Below are positions 43,637 to 59,168 of a stretch of DNA of 64,000 bases, in pieces. A program made the translations under genes and the position numbers. This DNA comes from Octopus vulgaris (taxonomy: Eukaryota). The stretch spans positions 47,306,001 to 47,370,000 of the forward strand of contig OX597828.1 in the NCBI GenBank assembly GCA_951406725.2, read 5' to 3'. The notes beneath the pieces are model-generated. The model saw only the letters and a program-made list of their open reading frames with translations, ran no database searches and was not told where the DNA came from. The number at the start of each line of letters is the position of its first letter. Position 1 is the stretch's first letter.

Positions 43637-44330
43637 TAGCGGTATTTCGTCTGCCGCTACGCTCTGAGTTCAAATTCTTCCGAGGTCGACTTTGCATTTC
43701 AGCCTTCCGGGGTCGCTTAAATAAGTACCAGTTACGCACTGGGGTCGATATAACCGACTTAATCCGTTTGTCTGTCCTTGTTTGTCCCCTCTGTGTTAGC
43801 CCCTTGTGGTTAGTAAAGAAATAGGTATTTCGTCTGCCACTACGCTCTGAGTTCAAATTCCGCCGGGGTGAACTTTGCATTTCATCCTTTCGGGGTCGAT
43901 TAAATAAGTACCAGTTACGCACTGGGGTCGATATAATCGACTTAACCCGTTTGTCTGTCCTTGTTCGTCCCGTCTGTGTCCCTTTGTGAGTAAAAGAAAC
44001 AGGTATTTCGTCTGTCTTTATGTTCTGAGATCAAATTCCGCTGAGACCGATTTTGCCTTTCATCTTTTCGAGGTCAATAAATTAAGTACCAGTTGAATAC
44101 TGGGGTCGATTTAATCGACTGGCCCCCTCCCATAAAATTTCGGGCCTTGTGCCTAGAGCAGAAAACAATCTTCAGCATGCTGAACAAAATGCTCAGCGGT
44201 ATTTCTTTCCGCTTTTTACGTTCTAAATTTAAATTCAAGGTCGATAAAATAAACAGCAGTTAAGCACTTGGGTCGATGTAACCGACTAAACCCTCTGTAA
44301 AAATTACAGACCTTGTGCCTGCATTAGAAA
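43637..44330 (+). mobile_element. SINE family B, three tandem units plus an adjacent diverged copy
   Basis: Reverse-complement match to 2221-2760 with the same tandem unit structure. Confidence 0.88.
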
Positions 44331-45703
44331 AGGAAGTACAGAGTGTTTGTTTTTGCTTTTCGTTTGTTTGATTTTTTTAATCCTGCGGTCAGGAGAGAAG
44401 GCGTTGCTCAAGAAGGTTTTATAAGGACATGCTGACTGGTAGAAAAGAGAGGGAAGTTACCTTCAAACCATAGACCTGTCCCGAATGTTTTGTAATGCAG
44501 TGAATACTGTTAAAAGGACTTAAAGTTTCAGATGGTAGCGTAAAGTCGTCCGATTCAAAGATCCTGAAGAAATACCGAAAGACATCCATCAATTCACAAC
44601 ACTTTGATACATTTTTAACTGATGTCCATGAAATTAAAATTAATTTTTTTTTAAAGTTTAACCAAAGCGGGATTTGAACTCAAAGAGTCGGTTCAACATT
44701 TACAAGTTATGTTTGTGTGCTGCTCAAACAAAGATTCCTAGTTGTTGCTTTGATACATGGAAGCGAAATATACCACATACAAATGAAATTTAATACATAT
44801 TGTTATATTTATAGCATAAATATAGAGGTGGTGTGTAAATGTTAGGTATGTACCTTTTTGATTCTATGATAACAAGACCTACATGACTGCACAATTTGAA
44901 TGATCCCGAAATGGACTTAAGATCGACTACAAGTCGGTCGAGCCAGTAGAAAAGGCCTCACATCAGTGAGAGGAAACCAACGCGCTGTAAAGCAGCTAGA
45001 GGGCCTCGAAATGGTGAACATTCTCTCCTGATGACCCTTGAAACCTACTGGCATCGGAATACTGAGTTCGATAGACTGCACTTTCAACTTTCATAAACAA
45101 GATGTTACCAAGTATCTGTAGTATACAATATAAGCATGGTTCCATATGAAATGTAATAGTTTAATAGTTATCGTTCTAAAATATAGTTTAAGGTCATTCA
45201 GTACACAATTATAGTGAAATAATTTGAATTACTGGTTAGCTACAACTTGACTACCATTGAGCAGGCCTATGTTTCTAATTCCTTATTGGCAAAACCACCC
45301 GGTTCGGACTGTTATATCTCTAAGAATATATTGTTATTCAATATCTTCTTCTGTTTGTTTACACAATAAGATAAGGTTTAGGGAGAATTTGGCTGCCAGT
45401 TCTAGCAACTTGATTGACCACTTGCAAGCTTCATCGTCAGTGGAGGTGGTGGTGATGTTAGTACTAGTGGTGGTGAGGATGGTGGAGGCGATGGATGTGC
45501 TTGTTGTAGTGGCGATGATGATGGTGATTGTGGTGATCATCGTGATGGTAATGGTTGTTCAAAACTGCATTGCTCTATACATACATGAATTGTGTGTATG
45601 TGTTTGTGTGTGTGTGCGTGCGCACGCGTGTGCCGTTAACGTTTATTTTTATCTGCAATTATAATTTTAAAAATTTGCCTTAATTTGATGGGTTACTTTA
45701 TAT

Positions 45704-46189
45704 CAGTGGTTCCCAAACTTTTTCGGGCTGCCGCCCCCTTGACACCCAGGCCACATTCCTCGTGCCCCCACCCCAACTAACCATCACAACCATAGACCTC
45801 TTTCTGAAGCAAATTCAAAGCAACTCTTTTACTCTTTTACTTGTTTCAGTCATTTTGACTGTGGCCATGCTGGAGCACCGCCTTTAATCGAGCAACTCGA
45901 CCCCGGGACTTATTCTATTGTAAGCCCAGTACTTATTCTATCGGTCTCTTTTGCCGAACCGCTAAGTAACGGAGACATAAACACACCATCATCGGTTGTC
46001 AAGCAATGCTAGGGGGACAAACACAGACACACAAACACACACACATTAAACTTCACCTAATGAACCCATTATTTTGTTGTTTCTACATAAATAGCAACCC
46101 CAATATCGCCCCACTTTTCTTCAACGCCCGCTTGGAATTTTCCGCCGCTCCCAGGGCGTGGGGAATACCGCCCACATGGGGAACCACTG
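45704..46189. mobile_element. hAT (Charlie-like) MITE with a nested SINE A 3' half (45823-46045, minus)
   Basis: TIR CAGTGGTTCCC / GGGAACCACTG; degenerate 8-bp TSD CTTTATAT / CTCTATAC. Confidence 0.75.
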
Positions 46190-46289
46190 CTCTATACTTT
46201 TGTATAGTTCAAATTTAATATTTGTGTTGTTTTACATTTATGATAAAATATATATATACAAATTATAAAAATAATTTTAAAATAACATA

Positions 46290-46369
46290 CAGTACTGTTT
46301 CAACTTCGCGGATTTTCACCTATCGTAGGGTTCTGGAACGTAACACCCGCGATAGTCGAGGAATTACTG
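46290..46369. mobile_element. Tigger/pogo-type MITE remnant
   Basis: TA-CAGTA...TACTG-TA; ggaacgtaacacccgcga subterminal segment. Confidence 0.5.
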
Positions 46370-46637
46370 TATTATTCAATAAATTTTTTTTTCCGGCAGC
46401 CAACAGTACGCAGACATCTGATAAGTAAATAGACACGTCTCATTCTACTGCTTGTCAGCTAAATACTAGATTAAGGTATTTAAACGCATCAAATTTTGTT
46501 TCTAGAAAGGGATCTTTCAAAAATGATCTGGGGGTTAATCGCTTTTGAGATGTCACTATCTGCGAGTATGTATGAAAGTTGGTAGGTATGTAGGTAGGTT
46601 GGTAGGTAGGTAGGTAGGTAGGTAGGTAGGTAGGTAG

Positions 46638-46672
<35 letters not shown>

Positions 46673-46681
46673 CTCTCTCTT

Positions 46682-46715
<34 letters not shown>

Positions 46716-46799
46716 AATGTATATGTATATATATATGTGTGTGTGTGTATATGTATATATATGACCTCCCTTTGCAAATTATATATATATATATATATA

Positions 46800-47035
46800 T
46801 ATCGTTTCTATTATGTTAAACTATCGAATGTCCAAATTTGGCCAAATGCGTTTTTCGAAATATTTATTTTTGCTTGCTACAGCCGGTTCTTTTGATCAAA
46901 CTATCGTATCTCCGGCTGTTTCAGATGCCAAGATATCCCCAAAATCGTCAAAGTGTAGTAAAACGGTTTTGCTACGGAACGGTAAAACGATTTTTTTGTT
47001 TTCAGAAACGGCAACGCTTTGGACTTTTGCATTAT
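46800..47035 (+). mobile_element. Unclassified dispersed repeat (second copy at 30372-30522, opposite strand)
   Basis: cgtatctccggctgtttcagatgccaagatatc...gcaacgctttggacttttgca matches the reverse complement of 30385-30500. Confidence 0.65.
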
Positions 47036-47042
47036 AGCCTCG

Positions 47043-47083
<41 letters not shown>

Positions 47084-47091
47084 TGTATGCT

Positions 47092-47148
<57 letters not shown>

Positions 47149-47667
47149 CGCTATGGTCGCAGGTAATTTGCGAAGACGCGAATACGTGTAATAAAAAGTA
47201 CATTCAGTATCACAGTGCATATAGGCCAGGGGTTAAAAGACCGAGCGATCCCTACGGCTTAAGCAAGGGATTTATTTGCACGGCAAACCTCAATGCATGT
47301 TTAACATGATGAGTACGAATGTAAGTTTATTGACAAAGTATTCTTAATCCGTCTCGGATCTATAAATGCATGTTGCTAAACATTTCTACCTATATGCAAA
47401 TGTTGAAATCAACACACTGCTTGTTGATCATCGCATGGGACATAAAGAGTGGCAAACGTTTTCCATCACTCTTCTCTCTTTCTTTCTTTCTCTCTGCCTC
47501 TCTGTTTCTTTCTCTCCCCTTTTTGCTTTCTCTCTCTCTCTCTCACAGGGGTAAAAAAAAATACAAGTATAAAAATTATGGGACTTGAATCGTTAATGCA
47601 AACAGTCCAAACCAAATGCACTCTAGGTTATTTCGCGCACCATTCTCAACTACATTAATCCCTCGAC

Positions 47668-47707
<40 letters not shown>

Positions 47708-48067
47708 TAGATAACAAATTCACTTCGCAATCATAAGGCCTCGATTTCGATTTGGCTGCGAAACTTGACGTTTTTTTTTTCTTTTCTGTTTCTTCTTATA
47801 CTCCCACTTCTTATAATCATAATCTTGTGGACAAAATTAGCTGGAGAAGAAACTGTATTGGAACCCGACTAATGGATTTAGTCCCGGCAATATCAAGGCC
47901 CTGGCTTATTACACAGCGTCACGTTGATTATCACTACCTGAGAGAACTGTGACGTAATTTAAACCAGTACGTAAGATTGTCAGCTTATAGCCTACATACA
48001 GAACACAAGAAAATATTAGGTGTGCCACAGCGACATTTGCACAATGCTCTGTTGTTCTTCAAAGCCA

Positions 48068-48143
<76 letters not shown>

Positions 48144-48156
48144 ATTATGATTATTA

Positions 48157-48435
<279 letters not shown>

Positions 48436-48947
48436 TGTGTTTGTATGTATATATATGTGTGTGTATGTTTGTATGGACAATATAAAAAAAAATGTATAAC
48501 ATGTGTATAAAAATCATAGCAGAAATAATGTCGTGCATCACCGATTTCCTTGATTCTGTCTTCCTCTGCATATCCACTCTAGTGTGTGCCCATATGTCTA
48601 TTTCAAGGGCGTGCTGCAAATACTTTCACGGCCTTGGTCAAAACACAACCAGTCATCCTGATTGCATTAAACCTTTCTGTTTTCGCTATAGATCTAGTTG
48701 AAACTTAGGATTCAATATACACCACAAATGTAGAATTCTATCTGTTTTACAGTTGAATAATAACAAATACTAATTATTGACATTTCGAATTTTTTTAACA
48801 CGCACGTTTACAGCGGTTATGTAACAATTTCTTACGTAGATATCACCTTCTTCAATACTATAAGCAAAATACTGAGTTAGAAATATTTAGTAAAATATAC
48901 CATCTTGGAGCGTTCTACTGAACAACACATACACACCCATACACGTG

Positions 48948-48987
<40 letters not shown>

Positions 48988-49186
48988 CATACATATGCGC
49001 GTATACGTTTATATGTGTGTTAACATCTATTTCAAATATTATTTCTAATCAGATACAAATATTTTATAGATAAAACCATTATAGGGACTTTTTTTATTTA
49101 TATGTCATGAGTTAACCCAAGAAAGAAATGAGCGCTGCTACACTGCAAATCCCTTCTACTTGTGTATAAAAAATATGTTTAAAATA

Positions 49187-49398
49187 TTGGTTTCAAATTT
49201 TGGCAGGAGAGCAGCAATTTCGGGGAAGGGGTTAAATTGATTATATCGATCTCTATACTCAACTGGTATTTATTTTATCGACACCGAAAGTATGAAAGGC
49301 AAAGCCGACATCGGCAGCATTTGAACTCAGAACGTAAAGGCAGACGAAATGCCGTTAAACCTTTTACTCGTCGCAGTAACGATTCTGCCAGCTCACCG
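49187..49398 (-). mobile_element. SINE family B monomer-type copy
   Basis: tttgaactcagaacgtaaaggcagacgaaat...gattctgccagctcaccgc. Confidence 0.75.
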
Positions 49399-49707
49399 CT
49401 TTATATATGTTTAAAATATTGATGACATAATATATTCCTATTTGTGGTTTGTGTGTCAAGGACAGAAGAGGGAGTGAAAGAGAGTGAAAGACGAGAGTTG
49501 TTATCGATTTAACCCCACTTTCAAGAATGCTGGCTATGTACCAAACTTTGAAATCAGTATGTGTGTGTATGTATATGTGTGTTGGGGGAGTGTGTGTGTG
49601 TATGTGTCTCTGTGTGTGCGTGTGTGTATGAGTGTGTGTGAGAGTGTGTGTGTGGGGGTGGGTGTGTGTGTGTGGGGGGGGGGGGGGGGGGTGTGTGTGC
49701 ATATATA

Positions 49708-50852
49708 CAGAGTGCGGTGAATAAATTGTCTAAATTACGGAAAAAATGAAAATAACACTGACATCTCATTTTCACAGATGTATTTACCAAAATTACATAA
49801 AAATATTTTGAAATGCTAAAGAGTATATATATTCAATAAAATTGCCTTTGCCTTCAACTACGGCCTCCAGACGACTTCGGAGCCTCCCGCAAAACTTCTG
49901 GACGGTCTCCTTAAGTTGGTGAATGCCGCCATGATCCTTACCTTCAGTTCCTCTTTGGTGTTACTAAGACTTTTGTTTGTCCCTCGCTCAACTGCGCCCC
50001 ATACAGATGTTAGAGGTGATGGGGTCACAGGAATTGCTTGAGAGCCATGGCTGGGTTTTCCTGCTTGTATAGCATGGTGAAAAGTATGGTTGCCAGTCAC
50101 TTGATGTGACCTCTTCTAGTAACTTGATGCAGGCCTCCGGATGGAGTCTGAGGCCCTGTGGGAAAATGAATGGAAGCATAACGTCACCATCACTAATGAT
50201 CACTCCAAACACCATGATTTCGACAGGATGTTTAAGTTTTATCCCTCTCTGTACATGTTTTGGGGACACGGTACGCTAACGGTTGTTCTTTGCGTTTACC
50301 ATCTGATCCTGATAGATATTTTTCTCGTTTGAGAAAGAGCAAACCATGTACAGTTGGAGAGGATACCTGAGTTTGATTAAAAGCTTTGTAGTGTGGTCTT
50401 TCCTCTTGTCCTTGATGGCGTGGAATAAAAATTGGCCGTTTCTCATCTTGTACGAGGAATATCGAATGTCTTCATGCACTACCTATCTGTTAAAAAAGTC
50501 AGTCACTCCCAAGTTCTTGGCGTCGGACCTGATTGACTTGAAGGAATCACAGTCAACCATGGCCTGGAACTCACCAACAAATTCAGGAGTTCTTTTCTTA
50601 TCAGAACGATCAGAGTGGATTTTCCGAGCTGCTGTACCTTTGTAATCACCATTAGACTAATCCAACCCTTTCTGAATCCTCTGCCCTGTCCTCACATTGA
50701 CAGCCAAACACTCTGAAATGTTCGTATTGGAGCTTCCTGCGCAAATATAGTACAGAATGTCGTTTCCAAATTTCTGGCAGAGTGAATTGCGTCAAATGCG
50801 CATGCACGAAATTAAAAATATAAAATGGCGACAAGTTACCCATCGCACTCTG
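49708..50852 (-). mobile_element. Tc1/mariner-superfamily transposon, same family, decayed
   Basis: TA-CAGAGTGCG...CGCACTCTG-TA; KHPVEIMVFGVIISDGDVMLPFIF; frameshifted. Confidence 0.85.
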
Positions 50853-50858
50853 TATGTA

Positions 50859-50936
<78 letters not shown>

Positions 50937-51194
50937 TGTGTGAAGGCTCCCAAACTGGCGGTGCGTTGTGTTCCTGGCTAATGCACTTCATTTCACATCG
51001 CTTCAGGCCACGCTGCAGTAAATGTATAAACCCTGTGACGGATTGACACTTCCTTCAGAAGGAACGTTGTGCTACCATCCAAGCCAGCGGGGTGGCGTCC
51101 TTCGAAAGCTACAGTAATGCGAGGAAACACACTGTGCACCAGAGGTGTATAACAAAATCCGATAGCTTGGTCGATATATTAATATACAATTACA

Positions 51195-51397
51195 TAAAAT
51201 CCATGGAGAAGGACATCATGCTCGGAATGGTCAGTGGCAAGAGAGTAAGAGGCCGACCAAGAACCCGCTGGCTTGACACCATCAAGAGTGATACCGGAAT
51301 GGACATAGCCAATCTGAAAGAAGCGGCTCAAGATAGAACTGACTGGAGGACACTGATCCAACGGGTAACCGAGAGTCGATTTCGACTGAGCGGATAG
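51195..51397 (+). mobile_element. RTE-clade LINE 3' fragment
   Basis: MEKDIMLGMVSGKRVRGRPRTRWLDTIK...AAQDRTDWRTLIQRVTESR* is the typical RTE/BovB ORF C-terminus; followed by (GATA)n. Confidence 0.85.
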
Positions 51398-51408
51398 ATA
51401 TACATAAA

Positions 51409-51571
<163 letters not shown>

Positions 51572-51850
51572 TAATATAATGTGGGGAATTTATGGGAGCA
51601 ACTGTCTTTGAAGAATCATATTGTCGTTGAATGCTCAAAATGAAGAGTAGATAGACAGCAGACAACTGATGAAGGGTCGTTTATGTTTATTTGTACTGTT
51701 TTCTATTTTTTCTCTCGTTGTTCGTATATTTAACCCGTTTTCTTTCATACTTCATGCTGTTTATACAGTTGGTGACATCTTGTACTATTTATATACACAC
51801 ACGCACATATATATCCCAATATAATAGTAAGCGTAGTGTTTTTATATGTT

Positions 51851-51892
<42 letters not shown>

Positions 51893-52318
51893 TATATATA
51901 TTTGTCCCAAATCACAGAATAGGAGTAGGATGGAGTAGGAGAAAGAGTAGTATAAGTGAAGGAAGAGGAAGGAAAATAGTAATTCAGTGAAGGAGAAGTA
52001 GTGAGAGTTATAGCCCTGACTGAGAGAAAGAGTGAGAGAAAGTAATAGCAATGAGAGAAAGGAAGTGGCAAAGAGCGCGTCGTGTATCTTCTACTTTTCT
52101 CCGTCACAACATATGAATGAGAAAGGAAGGAGAGATAGATGAATATCGAAGAAAGGGATGAAAAAATCAGCGTTTCAACTCTGCTTGAGTATATGTGTGT
52201 GTGTACAAGGGAAGTATGTGAATGCTTGTATCTGTGATTATTATGTACCTCATTTTATACCTTATTTATATAAAATACTACAATTAGCCGACATTTTTGA
52301 CGACACAGTGTCAGCTAG

Positions 52319-52381
<63 letters not shown>

Positions 52382-52399
52382 GTGAGATAGTTGGTATAT

Positions 52400-54205
52400 G
52401 AAAGCACGTTGTTGGATGTATAAAAGACAAAAAGATTGAAAAACTACAGAAGGCTTGTTTTATATGGTTAAAGTATATATTTAAGTCGTTGTTAGAAAAA
52501 TGTTATAAAATTTTGCGTATAGTAACATAGTTTTGGGAGAAATAACTGGTTTCGTATTTTCTTTTCAAATTTCTCAAATTTCTTTACCTATATCGTGTCA
52601 TGTCTTCGCTCTGTTTTGAAATATGGAGTTCCACGCAGGGGAAGATAATCAGGGATTTTTTCCGGTATAAGGGAAAACATGTTGCGAATGACTAGGCTTG
52701 ATTAATTTAACATGATTTGGTTTAGAAGGAATAGAATATTACAAGCGGTTAGGTTTTGCTTTATATTTTTTCAATGAGGTGAGTTTCCTTATTTAAAAAT
52801 GTTAAAAATGGTTAAGTTTTGGCTTATATTTTTCAATGAAGAAGGCTTCCTTATTTAATCGAACTTGTGTTGGTGTTCCAATGGCACATTGATAGAATGG
52901 AAAGATTATAAATTGTGGTAGCAGTTGCTTTGTGCATTTCTCAGTATGTTCACTAAAGGGTGTCATTCGGTATTCTGGGAATGCAATCTGCTATTGATGT
53001 AGAGTGCATCTGCGTCTCAACGATAATCCCGTGGACCCTATGTAGTTTTGGTGGCAGCCCGAGCATCTAATGACATAAATCGGGTTTTTTGAAGCACAAG
53101 TAAAATCAGATTTGATTTTGAATTTTTGTCCCTCATAGAAGAGGAATTCTGATCCTTCTAGAAGGTTTAGGCATGTTGCGCAACTTAGTCTACCACATTT
53201 TTTTACTTTTGCTTCCGTTATTTTAGAAAATAATTTTGCCTTTGTGAGGATCTTTTTTAGTGATTTTGGTTGTTAGTAGCTTTTAATGATTTTATGTATG
53301 TGTAAAATTACCTTTAATTTGGTGTCCTTACGTAGCATTGGTAAATTCTGGGTGATGATGGTGAAGGCTTCTTTGTTTCTGTGGTTGTATGTGGATATGT
53401 GCGGCAGTATTTTCGGGGAAAGTGTGTTGCTGTGTTGAACTTTTCTTAGGGTTTCTATGTCAATTTGTGTTGCACGTCTGATTCCATCCTCTAGTGTCTG
53501 TCAATGAGGGTGTTTTTGAGTTCTTGCAGTCTAAAGTTTCTGGTATTTTGTTCTGACACTGTTGTGCATATCCTTCTTGCAAGATTGAAGGAGATGTTTG
53601 TTTTGGTGCGTCTTGGGTGGCTTGAATTAAAAGATAGATATTGTTTGTCGTCTCTGGTTTTGTAAAATATGTCCGTTTCTATTTTTAGGTTTATTTTTTG
53701 AATTAGTATATCAAAGAATGGAAGCTCCTTCTGGTTGTACTCCATTGTGGACTGTATGTTTAGGTTGACGCTGTTCAATAGGCTTTTGAATTTCATGAGT
53801 TTATCTGTGTTTTCATTCCAGAGTATGTAACAGTCGTCTAGGAATCTTTTCCAATTTTCTTTTATGTATTGGGAAAGGGGGTTTCCAAAGATAGATAAAG
53901 ATTCCTGGTATATTATTACCTCCAGGTAGCAAGTTGTTAGGTTCGCAATGACTGGTGCTGCCCTAGTACCCATAGCAATTCCGGAGTTTTGATGGTAAAA
54001 CGTATTGTCAAACATGAAGTGGTTATTTTGTAGGATGAATTCAACTGATTTAATTATGAATTCTTTACTGATCCTTTTTGGTATTTCTTCCGGGAATTGG
54101 TTCAGCCAGAAATGAATTGCCTCTAGCCCATAATTATGAGGTATACTGGTATATAAATTAACTACATCAGATGAAACCATGATTGTTTCTTCCTCGATAT
54201 TTTTT
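52400..54205 (-). mobile_element. Penelope-like retroelement, 5'-truncated and decayed (RT + GIY-YIG endonuclease)
   Basis: RT motifs DVVNLYTSIP, GIAMGTRAAPVIANL, RFLDD and YLSFNSSHP; downstream NPIYVIRCSGCHQNYIGSTG (GIY-YIG, ~52990-53090); several stops. Confidence 0.92.
52537..52575 (-). ncRNA. Hammerhead-like motif (U3-A8) in the Penelope 3' region
   Basis: GAGAAAU-UUGAAAA-G(AAAAUA)C-GAAA-CCAG-UU-AUUUCUC; same strand as the RT. Confidence 0.55.
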
Positions 54206-54553
54206 TACTGTTTCATACTCTGGAATGAAAACACACAATTATGTATACGTAGGAGGTTATGATTCGTTATATACGATATGACACTTACATTAGGAGAGTT
54301 GCTGTTTTTATTTCATGTCCAAATAAATCCGTTTAGGGCTGGGTCGATCGAAACCTCTCCCCTCAACATTACCGGCTTTGGGCCTCAATTACAAACGCTT
54401 ATTACTTTTTGATGTTACTATATTTATTTGCGAAAAACAAATTACCATGTTCATCAATTTTCAACGACCCGTCTTACCAGGTCACGTCGTGGTCAACGTA
54501 GAATTAACAACAACAACGACGACGATGATGACGATGATGATAATGACGATGAC

Positions 54554-54598
<45 letters not shown>

Positions 54599-55276
54599 TT
54601 TTAACTTGAAAATACTAAATATATTCTTATGCCTATGGTAAAGATACCCCTATTGTAAATATCCGTATATTTAATCCCTTTCGTCCTCTCTCCCTCGATA
54701 TATATATATATATATATATATATTATTTATATTATTATATGATTGAAGCTCACGCATCGTCTTAAGTTTTATCTTAATTCTGATGCGCACTCTAAACGAT
54801 CTTTTTACTCTTTCGTTTTTGTTTCTTTCCCTCTCCTATTCTTTCCCTCTTCTCCCACTATTCTTTCCCATTACTTTGTCACTCTCTATCTCCTTCACTC
54901 CTCCTCCATCTTTCTTCCTCTCTGTTGTAGCTGGAAAAAGGAAGACGTGTTCTTTTTTGTCTCCTGTTCAGGCTTAGCAGCTCTTCCTGTTTGCTTTCAC
55001 TGTTCTGTTTGTGTTACCTATTTTGACCCTCCGCAAAATCCCAAATTTTATTTAATTTGCTTTGCTGGAGCAACTGTTTTATCGAAAGCGTATATTGTTG
55101 TTAAATGCTCGAAATACGAGACTAGAAAACAGCCAACAACTGATGAAGGGTCGTTCTTTATGTTGCTTGTTTTGTTTTCCATTTGTGTCTAGGAATTGAA
55201 TTCATGATCTTGCGATCGTGAGAGCAAGATCCTAGCCAGTATATTATGCCTCCTCACATATATGCATATATACGGA

Positions 55277-55330
<54 letters not shown>

Positions 55331-56375
55331 CATACATGTATATATGAATATATATATATTTATATAAATATACATATATTCATATATATATATGTGTGTA
55401 TAAATATATATAGATGTGTATATATATATTCATATATCTATATATGTATGGATATATATATATATATAACTATATATATATGTATATATATATGCATACA
55501 TATATACACACACATACACACACACACACATATATATGTATGTATGTATGTATGTTTGTATGTATGTATGTATGTATGTATGTATGTATGTATGTATGAA
55601 TGTATGTATGTATGTATGTATGTATGTATGAATGTATGTGTATATAAACATATTATGTAGGTATGGATTCTTTTATAGCAAATATATCAACGAAGATTTG
55701 TGTGACAAGCGTTTGTCATTCCCGCCTTTATTTGAATCTTGACTAATGAAATTTTTCTGCATTCCTTACGTTATTATTTCTGTTGGTGAGTAATGTAGGT
55801 AAAATCGTTTAGTTTATCGTTGTGTTCTGTGTTACGGGTCATTAACTCTGAGGTAACGTCTACACCATTCACATTTCTCTCCTCACTAAAGAATGTCTGC
55901 ATTACACACCAGTTTCACTTCATCCTGAGGATGTGCCTGCGGAAGTTTACGAGCATCCACGATGGATTTAGTAATCCTTCTGCTGTAAATAAACTGCAAG
56001 GAACGGATAAAAAAAAGGTGGGAAGAGGCTTAATAATGAAGATAAAACTAAACAGTTTTGCTGTATTCCATTCACGGTCTAAAAAAAGTCTTGTTTGTAT
56101 GTGTGTGTGTATACACATCTATATGTATATGAGCATATGTGTGTGTATATATACGTACATATATATCTATATCTATATATATATATACGAATGAATGAAT
56201 GAATGATTGAATATGTATATATACATTCATAGATACATAGATAGATATACACACACATATATATATTGATATATATATATATATTTTACTTATATACATA
56301 TGTATATGTATATATATCTATATATCTATATCTCTCTCTATATATATACGTACATATATATATGTATATATACAC

Positions 56376-56431
<56 letters not shown>

Positions 56432-56518
56432 GGTAACGTGTTTTTGACACTCGTTTAGAGATTTTAGAACTAGCTATATATATGTGTATGTGTGAGTGTG
56501 TGTGTGTGTATGTATATG

Positions 56519-56613
<95 letters not shown>

Positions 56614-56925
56614 ATGTATGTATGTATGTATGAATGGGAAAAGTGGATATCGAACCGTAAAAAGCTATAAGTGATAGCATGCAGAAAGTGTTGGCTTGAT
56701 AAAGTGCTTTAAAAGGGAAAAGTCGATGACTGCTTTGTCATGTCTACGGGAAATATAGTTTCGATTCCGATCAGTTGCCTTCAACAAATCATTATCCGAA
56801 CAGGATTTCCAACCCTATATTTCTATGTTGTTCTTTATAGCTTTATGTGCTTCGGGATCCACAGTTTCGAAAGACAATTGTTTCATTTTCTGACGAGAAT
56901 TCATTAAATTCGTATGATATTAACA

Positions 56926-57009
<84 letters not shown>

Positions 57010-57270
57010 GTATATATACTTTTTTTCGTATATATGTGAGTGTTGCGTAACAGCATGAGAGGTTAGTAGTATTTATTAATCAATCAGTTTTTTTCCTCAT
57101 ATAGTATATATAGTCAATATATTCAGTTGCGTTATTGTGCATACATATAACAGCATAGCGCCGAATACCTGTTTTGTCAATTAAGACACACCTCCTTCAT
57201 TAAAAGTGAATAAATATCTTGCTTAGATAAACTAAGACTGTAAACGTTGGAATCAGGTTCCTCTGTCCTG

Positions 57271-57379
<109 letters not shown>

Positions 57380-57533
57380 TATTTATTTATTTATTTATTT
57401 ATCGGGCTAACCAGCAATCTATATCTATGTATATGTGTATATATATATGTATATATTAATAAATATGTATACACATATAATAATCTATATGTGTTTCAAC
57501 GTATATCTGTATGTGTCTGCTTGCGTGCGCATG

Positions 57534-57718
<185 letters not shown>

Positions 57719-57727
57719 CGCTGGACT

Positions 57728-57776
<49 letters not shown>

Positions 57777-57815
57777 TACATATCGAACACATGCATACTC
57801 ACACACAAAAAATAC

Positions 57816-57920
<105 letters not shown>

Positions 57921-58027
57921 GTAGATAGACAAAAAGACAGATGAACAGACAGACAAACATATATTGTGCATATATATGCCGAGGTGAGACTAATGTTGAC
58001 TGACAAAATCAATACAGAAATTAGTTA

Positions 58028-58149
58028 ACTAATAATAATATTAATAATAATAATAATAATTATAGTAATAGTAGTAGTAGTAGTAGTAGTAGTAGTAATA
58101 GTAGTGGTAATAGTAGTAATAGTAGTAGTAGTAGTAGTAGTAATAGTAA

Positions 58150-58197
<48 letters not shown>

Positions 58198-58218
58198 GTG
58201 GTGGTGGTGGTAGTGGTA

Positions 58219-58269
<51 letters not shown>

Positions 58270-58270
58270 A
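58028..58270. repeat. (TAA)n/(TAG)n/(TGG)n compound microsatellite
   Basis: Direct inspection. Confidence 0.9.
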
Positions 58271-58451
58271 CTGCTGCGAGGATGACCTTAATAATAATAG
58301 TTTCTAATTTAGGCACAAGGCTGACTATTATAAAGAGACAACTTACCTGAATGGTTATTTGAATGGTTATGAATCATAACGCCACGCCTCATTCAATTAA
58401 TTTTTATCTATATACACATATATACATACACACACACACACACACACAAAC

Positions 58452-58490
<39 letters not shown>

Positions 58491-58577
58491 TATATGTGTA
58501 TATATGTATATATATATTATATGTATATATGTATATATATATTATATATATACATATATATATGTATATATATATTA

Positions 58578-58628
<51 letters not shown>

Positions 58629-58755
58629 CGGAGTAGGACACAAGCAAAGATTTTATCACACCTTTAATTGACCGGTTACAGTGTAGGTAGCCTAAAATTC
58701 TGGTTGAGTGCTGCATTGGATATATACCCCATCTTCCTAGCCTTTCTGATTCTTA

Positions 58756-58878
<123 letters not shown>

Positions 58879-59168
58879 GGTATGTATATAGGTATGTATA
58901 TATATATATATATAGGTATGTATGTAAGATATAGTTTTATAGGTAGAAATACATTATCTGTAATTAAAAAAATTGGAATTTACAGAAAAGATGTGTTTTG
59001 CATTTCTTTTATCAGTGACACCTTTCGTCTACCTACTAAACTATGCCCTAACATTACAAAGGTTATCCTTTCGGTTTCATCATGATGTGTGTACCTGTGT
59101 ACTTTGCAATAATGCATGTATGCACACATACATTCTTGCTATTATGTATATATATATATATATATGTA

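Noticed and set aside
53491-54180. 229-aa ORF as a host gene
   Set aside because: It is the RT fragment of a decayed Penelope-like element.
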